From Candidatus Zixiibacteriota bacterium (GTDB lineage Bacteria; Zixibacteria; MSB-5A5; UBA10806; 4484-95): a stretch of 12,526 nt of DNA. The notes below the pieces were generated by a model. It made no database searches. It was given only the letters and a program-made list of their open reading frames with translations, and was not told the DNA's origin. The position numbers were made by a program, and so were the translations under genes. Of the stretch, positions 6,345 through 12,526 are shown one piece after another. The stretch's first letter is position 1. Each line of letters starts with the position of its first letter. Where the stretch lies: the NCBI GenBank assembly GCA_029932605.1, contig JAOZPT010000063.1, forward strand, positions 1-12,526, read 5' to 3'.

Positions 6345-7448
6345 TTAAAAAGATCTGTTAGTTGTTAGGACTTTCCGAGCCTCCATTAGGCACTCGCAAA
6401 AATCATTTATTTGTTTTTCTGTATGCACAGCCATGGTTGTCAAGCGCAATCCCCAGCGGTTATATATACTTATTGGAATAACAAAGAAACCGTTCTGGCG
6501 AAGGTAGTCGACAACCTGCAACGTCATTTTCTGGCTGTCAAAATAGACGTTAACAATATGTGTACCTCTATTGTTTAAGGTAAAACCTTTTTCATCTAAG
6601 TAATCGTAAATTTTTTTGATATTTGTTCTCATCTGCTCTACAAGTTCTGGTTTTTCTTTAAGGATTAAGAGTGCTTTTAAAGAGGCAGCGACTGCCATGG
6701 GTGAGATTGAGGTTGAATATAAATATGGCCTTAATGGTTTGGATACTATTTTTTCGACCTCATTCGAATAAGTTAAAAAGCCGCCCTGCGAACCTAAAGC
6801 TTTGGAAAAAGTGCCCATGATGAAATCAGCAACGCCCTCAAGGGAGAACATCTGCTCCAGTCCCCTGCCCGTATCACCTATGCAACCGGTAGCGTGAGCT
6901 TCGTCGAGTATAAGGATGAAATTATATTTTTCTTTAAGCCTGGTAAGCTCATCTAAAGGACAGATATCACCGTCAAGAGTGAAAACAGAGCAGATTGTTA
7001 CTATTTTTTTGGAGTGTTTATCGTCTTTTATAAGTTTTTCGAGGTGGTTGAAATCGAGATGAACGAACGTCTTGACTGGAGTGCCAGAAATTTTTATTCC
7101 ATCAACTGCCGAGGGATGGTTTTTTTCGTCGCTGAAAAATACGGTGTTTGGTCCACCAAGGCAATGATGCAAAGCCACATTTGCGGCATAGCCGGATGGG
7201 AAAATTACAGCTTTCTGACGATTTTTGAATTCGGCGATTTCACCTGCAAGTTTTATATGAAGGGATGTAGTCCCCGAGGTGTTCGGAGCACCACCGGTAC
7301 CACATCCGAATGCCTCAGCTGCTTCGGTCGCCGCCTTAAGAACCTCAGGGTGATGTGAGAGGCCAAGATAATCGTTCGATGAGAAGATAATAAGATCTTT
7401 ACCAGCTATCTTAATAAACTGAGCTTTCCGGGATTCAATCACCTGCAA
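6345..7448 (-). CDS. PLP-dependent alpha-oxoamine synthase family enzyme (BioF/Kbl/SPT-like, aminotransferase class I/II)
   Basis: Motifs FSSNDYLGL, FPSGYAAN, SDEKNHPS..DG, LDEAHATG, GTFSKALGSQGG (PLP Lys) and LRLT...HT. TTG start preceded by GGAGG. Confidence 0.9.
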   Translation of the reverse strand: MQVIESRKAQFIKIAGKDLIIFSSNDYLGLSHHPEVLKAATEAAEAFGCGTGGAPNTSGTTSLHIKLAGEIAEFKNRQKAVIFPSGYAANVALHHCLGGPNTVFFSDEKNHPSAVDGIKISGTPVKTFVHLDFNHLEKLIKDDKHSKKIVTICSVFTLDGDICPLDELTRLKEKYNFILILDEAHATGCIGDTGRGLEQMFSLEGVADFIMGTFSKALGSQGGFLTYSNEVEKIVSKPLRPYLYSTSISPMAVAASLKALLILKEKPELVEQMRTNIKKIYDYLDEKGFTLNNRGTHIVNVYFDSQKMTLQVVDYLRQNGFFVIPISIYNRWGLRLTTMAVHTEKQINDFCECLMEARKVLTTNRSF

Positions 7449-7468
7449 CAGACGGCTCCTCCATGATT

Positions 7469-7497
7469 ATTATAGGTACATTCTTTCATTCGGTCAA
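7469..7497 (-). promoter_or_regulatory. Near-consensus sigma70 promoter for the oxoamine synthase gene
   Basis: On the minus strand: TTGACC (7497-7492), 17-nt spacer, TATAAT (7474-7469). Confidence 0.75.
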
Positions 7498-7522
7498 AAT
7501 AATATTATGTTGAAGATTCGAT

Positions 7523-7547
7523 AAAAGCTGAAAATTGAGGTTTTCAG
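7523..7547 (-). terminator. Possible weak intrinsic terminator
   Basis: Perfect 7-bp stem CTGAAAA (7528-7534) / TTTTCAG (7541-7547) with a 6-nt loop, followed on the minus strand by CTTTTAT. The stem is AT-rich. Confidence 0.35.
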
Positions 7548-7811
7548 ATATCATCATCCGCTGGAGACCTTGGATGGTTCATTAATGGATTCCCACCTGC
7601 TATTGGGAAAATGGAAACGGTGTTAGCAACCTACACAACGTGCTTCAAGTCACAAAACCAGGAACCATTAAAACCGGCCTTAAACATAACTTTAATCTGA
7701 CAGCTGGAAAAGCGCGCTTTTAAGTGGTTGCTCGACTTAGAATAATCAATTGGCATAGATGATAAGGCTTTATGGAGTAAAAACTTGAATATGATATGCT
7801 GAATAGTTAAG

Positions 7812-10475
7812 CTAACTGCTTAGAACCTCTCTTATGGCCATGCCCAGTTTTTGCATGGTGTAAGGCTTTTTGAGATACACTCCAACACCAAGCCTTTCGG
7901 CCTCCTTGACACGGTTGGTTTCCGAAAAACCGCTTGTTATGATAGCTTTCTGGCCTGGTTTGAGTTTGATGATTTCACGGTAAGTATCCAAGCCATCAAA
8001 ACCGTTTTCCATTATCATATCCAGAATAACCACATCAGCTAAATTTTTCTTGATGTATTCTACCGCCTCTTCACCGCTGGCTACTGTATCAACATCATAG
8101 CCAAGGCTTGATAATATACATGCTGCAAGTTCTCTTTGCTCGGGGACATCGTCAACCACCAGGATTTTTTCATTACCCCTGATGTCAGTAACGATACTAT
8201 TCTTACTATCACAGCTGACATCAACAGCTGGAATGTATACTATAAATTTACTACCTTTGTTGGGCTGTGACTGAACGTCGATATATCCGTTATGGTCTTT
8301 TACTACTCCATAGACGATTGCCAACCCCAATCCGCTTCCGCTTCTGCCCATCTCTTTTTTAGTGTAGAATGGTTCAAATATACGTTTTAAATCTTTTTCA
8401 TTTATCCCAACACCTGTGTCGCTTACTGTTAAGATTAGATATTTGCCATCGTTAATATTATCAAAACCGCTGATGAGCTTATCGATTTTTTCACATTTTG
8501 TTTTTATTTTTAGTTTACCGCCATGAGGCATGGCGTCAAGAGCATTGACGATAAGGTTCATTATCATCTTGGATAGATGAGGGGTTGAACCAAGTGTGTT
8601 GGGTAGATTCTTTTCGAGAACGACCTTGATTTCCACATTGGGGAATTTTGATTTAATGTCTAAAAAATCGGGAGATTTCAGGTACGTTTCTATTATTTCG
8701 TTGAGTGCAACGGGCATCATCTCATAACGTCCTCTTCTGGCCAGGGTGAGGAGGTCCTGGACGATGTCAGCTGCCCTTTGAGCCGATTTTTCAATTTGCA
8801 ATATCTGCTTTTTAATCGGGGTATCTGGCGGTAGTTTCATCCTGATTAATTCCGGGTAGGCCACCAGTGGTCCGAGAATGTTATTTAAGTCGTGAGCGAC
8901 ACCACCGGCAAGCACCCCCAGCGATTCCATTCGTTGAGCACGGGCAAGTTTTTCTTTCAGCTGCAGTTTCTCCTCTTCCGTTCTTTTTAACTCCGTTATA
9001 TCAGAAAATACTCCTACTGTCCCTATTACTTTTCCGTTACTGTTTAAATAAGGCGAAGCTGAAAGGTAAATGTAACACAATTGCCCGTCTTTTCTTTTTA
9101 TGGTTAGTTCATAAAGGCTATGTTTTTTGTTTATTCTTTTTTGTGTTTCTTTATAGATTTTATCAATTTCATCTTTGACAACTATTTGCCTGAGATTCAT
9201 TCCTATTAATTCTCTCTGGGAGTAACCAAATACATTGGATGCACCTTTATTTACGAATATTATGTTTTCGTCAAGGTCTGTGATACCAACACCGTCATGT
9301 ATGGTTTCGATGAGAGTGCGGTATCTTTCTTCAGACTGTCGGAGCAGTTTTTCAATATTTTTGCGCTCTGTGATATCTGATACGACCCCGTTTATACGAT
9401 ATATTTTTCCATCCGGAGAGAACTCAAATGTCTTGATATCGTTAACCCATATTATCTTTTTATCCTTGCGTATCACTCGATATTCGGTAATAATTGGACC
9501 GGCATCGGGTCCTTTTCTAATATGGTCAGCGACTTCAGTTAATACTCTATCAATGTCATCTGGATGGGTAATTTCTTTAGTGAATTCACTCGGTTTGTTT
9601 TTGATATCTTCTAGGGAATAACCTGTTTGTTTCTCGAAAGATGGTGAGATAAAATCATAACGATTATTTACAGGATCGAAACGGTATATAACATCTGAGA
9701 TGGCCGAAGCAAATTTCTGAAAACGTTCCTCGCTTTCTCTAATGGCCTCCTCTGATAGCTTACGCTCGGTGTTGTTTATAAAGAGTCCTACAATTATGTC
9801 TTTATCGCTCATTTTCATAGGTTGGGCTGCTATCCAGACAGGGATTTTTCTTCCGTCTTTATGTTGTACTTCTCCCTCGCAATCAACAAGGTGACCTTTT
9901 TTAACATGGGCGGCAAATCTTTCCTTGTATTTTGTTTCTTCGCCTTTGGGATGTAACTCTAATTGATGCATTCCAATAATTTCATTTCGTTTACGGCCTA
10001 TAAGTATTTCAGCTTGCGGGTTGCAATCTATTATCTTCCCTGTAAGCACGTCTGCTATGAATACTGCCCCTCCCGAATTTTCAAATACTGTTTTAAACTT
10101 AACCTCCATGTCTTTTAATTTGTTTTCTACGTTTATGTACTTGGTGATACTATAAAACATGGAGCGATGTAGTAAAAGATAAGATACCGGTAAAATAAGT
10201 ACAATCAGTAATAGTGAATTAATTAAAAACTCAGTTAAAAAAGGTAATGAGGGTAATAAGTGTAAGAGGAACATGATAAATGACTCAGCCATGATAATAG
10301 AGATAGCAACAATGATAAAGAGAGATACAAACGGATGTCTTAGCCTTTTTCCTGGTTTAAAAATTTTATCTTTATCGATAGGTCTGAAATTTTTACCTTG
10401 GCCAGACCCAAAATTTGTTTTGTCTGATTTGGGTGGTTTTAGTGTCTGGATTCTACTCATTAAGCTCAGTCTCAT
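7812..10475 (-). CDS. Hybrid sensor histidine kinase (2 TM - 3 PAS/PAC - HisKA - HATPase_c - REC)
   Basis: Two hydrophobic segments; three PAS domains ending NNTERK, DITERK and DITELK; H-box GGVAHDLNNIL; N-box NLIVNALDAM; G boxes SDTGVGI, FEPFYTKK, GSGLGLA; receiver ILVVDD..LDMIM..KPY. The exact start codon is uncertain. Confidence 0.95.
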   Translation of the reverse strand: MRLSLMSRIQTLKPPKSDKTNFGSGQGKNFRPIDKDKIFKPGKRLRHPFVSLFIIVAISIIMAESFIMFLLHLLPSLPFLTEFLINSLLLIVLILPVSYLLLHRSMFYSITKYINVENKLKDMEVKFKTVFENSGGAVFIADVLTGKIIDCNPQAEILIGRKRNEIIGMHQLELHPKGEETKYKERFAAHVKKGHLVDCEGEVQHKDGRKIPVWIAAQPMKMSDKDIIVGLFINNTERKLSEEAIRESEERFQKFASAISDVIYRFDPVNNRYDFISPSFEKQTGYSLEDIKNKPSEFTKEITHPDDIDRVLTEVADHIRKGPDAGPIITEYRVIRKDKKIIWVNDIKTFEFSPDGKIYRINGVVSDITERKNIEKLLRQSEERYRTLIETIHDGVGITDLDENIIFVNKGASNVFGYSQRELIGMNLRQIVVKDEIDKIYKETQKRINKKHSLYELTIKRKDGQLCYIYLSASPYLNSNGKVIGTVGVFSDITELKRTEEEKLQLKEKLARAQRMESLGVLAGGVAHDLNNILGPLVAYPELIRMKLPPDTPIKKQILQIEKSAQRAADIVQDLLTLARRGRYEMMPVALNEIIETYLKSPDFLDIKSKFPNVEIKVVLEKNLPNTLGSTPHLSKMIMNLIVNALDAMPHGGKLKIKTKCEKIDKLISGFDNINDGKYLILTVSDTGVGINEKDLKRIFEPFYTKKEMGRSGSGLGLAIVYGVVKDHNGYIDVQSQPNKGSKFIVYIPAVDVSCDSKNSIVTDIRGNEKILVVDDVPEQRELAACILSSLGYDVDTVASGEEAVEYIKKNLADVVILDMIMENGFDGLDTYREIIKLKPGQKAIITSGFSETNRVKEAERLGVGVYLKKPYTMQKLGMAIREVLSS

Positions 10476-10480
10476 TTTTC

Positions 10481-10497
10481 TCGTTATAAAATAACGA
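10481..10497. promoter_or_regulatory. Perfect 7-3-7 palindrome at the kinase translation-initiation region
   Basis: TCGTTAT-AAA-ATAACGA, 5 nt upstream of ATG 10475. Confidence 0.35.
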
Positions 10498-10783
10498 TAG
10501 GATTAGTTAAATTTCTTTAAAAAATGATCTTCATAACTTTTTAGTTATTTTAATTATTCGGCGGTTATAGTTATTTTTTTAAATAGAATAAAGGTCTTGG
10601 ATACATGTTGGTCTCAGTAAATATGTAAATTGAAACAGCAAATTTATGATAATGCTTGAGGTAATCACCGTGTGTTAAGTGAGTTACATTCGTAAGGAAG
10701 GGTCTATGAAGGACAATTGGTTAATACATATATTTTTTGCTTTTTTGCTAATGGGTCAAAACTGGGAAGACGAATCCGAGAAT

Positions 10784-11548
10784 CTACTCGGTTTCTTTAA
10801 ATTCTTCATTCTCCAACACCCTGTAATCATAAAATTGCCCCGCAACCCTAAACCTGACATTTATAACCCCTAAAAGTATTTTTACACGTCCCCGCATCTC
10901 CATATCGGTCATCACATAGGGGCCTTCGTCAAGTTTGGTGAAATCGAGATGCATTTTAAGTTCTTTTACCTTTTTGGGGCGCAGCACCTCAAAATCCATT
11001 GTTTTTATTAAAAAGCTTTCTTTGTCGATAAAATATTTACCTTTGATTTGACCCTTGTCGGGTTTTTTCTTGCGCGGAGCAATAGATATCACATAGAACT
11101 GAGCTGTATCATCAACCAGTTCGAAGACATAATCGGGGTTATCAATGGTAAGTTCGACATCGATATCGACACCGAGTTTCTTATTTTCCTTTTCACTTTT
11201 CTTTTTATCCGGTTTCTCTTTTTCGCTTTCGGAGTGTGAATAAACGATTTCTCGAGACAGCTCTTCATCGCCTCGCATCTTTACCCGGGAATAAACCGTA
11301 TCGGCTTTCTCAAATTCGCCCTCTTTGCTAATTTTGCCAGCAATTATCCTCTCGGTATATTCGTAGATAAAGGCTTTATTATTTTCCTGTTGAAGCTCAA
11401 AAGTTTTTTGAGCTCGTTTAAGTATTTCCTCAAGAGATAGATCTTGGGGAATAGCTAGGTTGGTTAGAACTATTAGGAAAAAAGCGATGAGATATATCAT
11501 CAGTATATGGTTAACCGGTAGTTTTTGCCTGAAGGCATGATTTTTCAA
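10784..11548 (-). CDS. Secreted hypothetical protein, probably LolA/outer-membrane lipoprotein-sorting-like beta fold
   Basis: Hydrophobic signal then 'QDLSLEEILKRA', 'YVFELV...YVISIAP', 'KGKYFIDKESF', 'FYDY' pattern. The true start may be the ATG at 11500. Confidence 0.6.
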   Translation of the reverse strand: MKNHAFRQKLPVNHILMIYLIAFFLIVLTNLAIPQDLSLEEILKRAQKTFELQQENNKAFIYEYTERIIAGKISKEGEFEKADTVYSRVKMRGDEELSREIVYSHSESEKEKPDKKKSEKENKKLGVDIDVELTIDNPDYVFELVDDTAQFYVISIAPRKKKPDKGQIKGKYFIDKESFLIKTMDFEVLRPKKVKELKMHLDFTKLDEGPYVMTDMEMRGRVKILLGVINVRFRVAGQFYDYRVLENEEFKETE

Positions 11549-11569
11549 AATATATAATACTTTTCAGTT

Positions 11570-12517
11570 TCAATGAGTTTCTTTCTTCTTATATCCCTCC
11601 GGAATTTCAAATTTGCTGTCATCTACGTTCTTCTTTTCGATACTTAGAATCTCGTTAGATAACGAGAAAACCTTTATCATGTCACTTTCGGATTTCTGAG
11701 ACTGTTTCTTGTTGGATAGACCACTAAGCATTTCTTTCATGCCAGGGGGCATTTCTTCACCATAATCCCCTTCGCCACCCTCTACACCTTTGGTGCTTTC
11801 AACCAGTATAACGGTTTTTATCGGGTAACCTTCAACCCCCTGCATCTTCTCTGTCATCTTGTCAAACTGAGACCCGTATTTATTAAAGATTTTTTGAACA
11901 TGTTGCCGGGGCATAGTAATATCAAAACCGGTGGCTTTGCTGAATTTATTATGGTAATCCTCAAGTTCGTCGAGACCCGGGACATCTTTAGCATACCAGT
12001 ATTCGTAAGTTAATCTCATTTTATCCTCGGGATTTTTCTTATTAATACCGGTTGCTTTACCGATGATGCCTGTGCATTTGAATCCGTTGATTTCAACGTC
12101 TTTATCAGATGTTTTGACATCGAGTGTCCAGTTGTATTCTGACGTTTCATCCTCGTTTTCGCTTTCAGGAGTCTGGCCAGTTCCGGCCATCATCTGTTGT
12201 AAAGACGCTAAACTTGATTCTGAATAGGTTTTATTTTGGGGATCAAGGTCCCAGATGACATCTTTATCGAGTCGAGTAATCTGTATAAACTCACTTGTGG
12301 TCTTCTTGCCCATCATGGCCATCATACCACCAACCATATTGGTTGAGCTACTGCTATAATTTTTATCCCCCTTGATATACTCTACTCCGTTTATTTCGAT
12401 ATTCATTATTGCGGAGCTTTCGATAGATGTTTTTTGCTTGATGATGACATCGGCCTGTGCAAAGACAGCCAGACATATAACCGCAACCACGATAAAAATC
12501 AGGTAATTTCTTTTCAT
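11570..12517 (-). CDS. Secreted DUF4412-like protein
   Basis: RBS GGAGG at the window end; signal peptide (..AQA/D); motifs 'ITRLDK..IW.LD..NKTY.E', 'EINGFKC', 'YWYA.DVP', 'GYPIKT', 'DDSKFEIPEGYK'. Confidence 0.75.
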   Translation of the reverse strand: MKRNYLIFIVVAVICLAVFAQADVIIKQKTSIESSAIMNIEINGVEYIKGDKNYSSSSTNMVGGMMAMMGKKTTSEFIQITRLDKDVIWDLDPQNKTYSESSLASLQQMMAGTGQTPESENEDETSEYNWTLDVKTSDKDVEINGFKCTGIIGKATGINKKNPEDKMRLTYEYWYAKDVPGLDELEDYHNKFSKATGFDITMPRQHVQKIFNKYGSQFDKMTEKMQGVEGYPIKTVILVESTKGVEGGEGDYGEEMPPGMKEMLSGLSNKKQSQKSESDMIKVFSLSNEILSIEKKNVDDSKFEIPEGYKKKETH

Positions 12518-12526
12518 GGCACCTCC

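Noticed and set aside
6345..7448. Assigning the gene symbol bioF, kbl or cqsA
   Set aside because: The family is clear, but the specificity motifs and gene context match none of them convincingly.
7570..7660. ZTP (pfl), c-di-GMP-I, cobalamin or T-box riboswitch
   Set aside because: Only fragments resemble these families (minus-strand GTGACT and CAGGTGGGAATCCA; plus-strand GGAGACCT). The required elements, such as the GGCG/CGCC pseudoknot, GAAA tetraloop and T-box sequence, are absent, and the downstream gene has its own proximal promoter.
7539..7700. Plus-strand open frame containing GDLGWF (parvulin-like motif)
   Set aside because: No start codon or RBS upstream of the motif and no other rotamase motifs; likely chance.
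7014..11239. Plus-strand ORFs antisense to the synthase, kinase and 254-aa gene (including 10679-10873)
   Set aside because: They overlap well-supported minus-strand genes and show no recognisable protein features.

Overview
Bacterial chromosomal window with two convergent halves. The + strand (171-6131) carries three signal-peptide genes. The first is a 1097-aa trimeric fibre/adhesin-like protein with an N-terminal 'TYQG' domain, two YadA-like 14-aa Gly-rich repeat blocks and a C-terminal peptidase S74 intramolecular chaperone. The second is a closely linked 181-aa partner with an 'IDWYVIASGGG...GTIGQ...GFW' domain plus a Cys-containing dockerin-like tail. The third is a 582-aa beta-propeller-like protein ending in an almost identical dockerin-like tail (about 89% nt identity). 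This dockerin style suggests candidate phylum Zixibacteria (inference). The - strand (6345-12517) carries a DUF4412-like secreted protein, a LolA/sorting-like secreted protein, a TM-PASx3-HisKA-HATPase-REC hybrid kinase and an atypical PLP-dependent alpha-oxoamine synthase. The non-coding DNA holds a nested palindromic MITE/REP-like element (4082-4226), a 45-bp inverted repeat pair bracketing the propeller gene, clear sigma70-type promoters and a possibly structured 7520-7710 segment. The best candidate for an undescribed system is a host-encoded phage-like fibre plus a small adaptor, displayed through a swappable dockerin-like anchoring tag. All family assignments come from motif recognition; no database searches were run.
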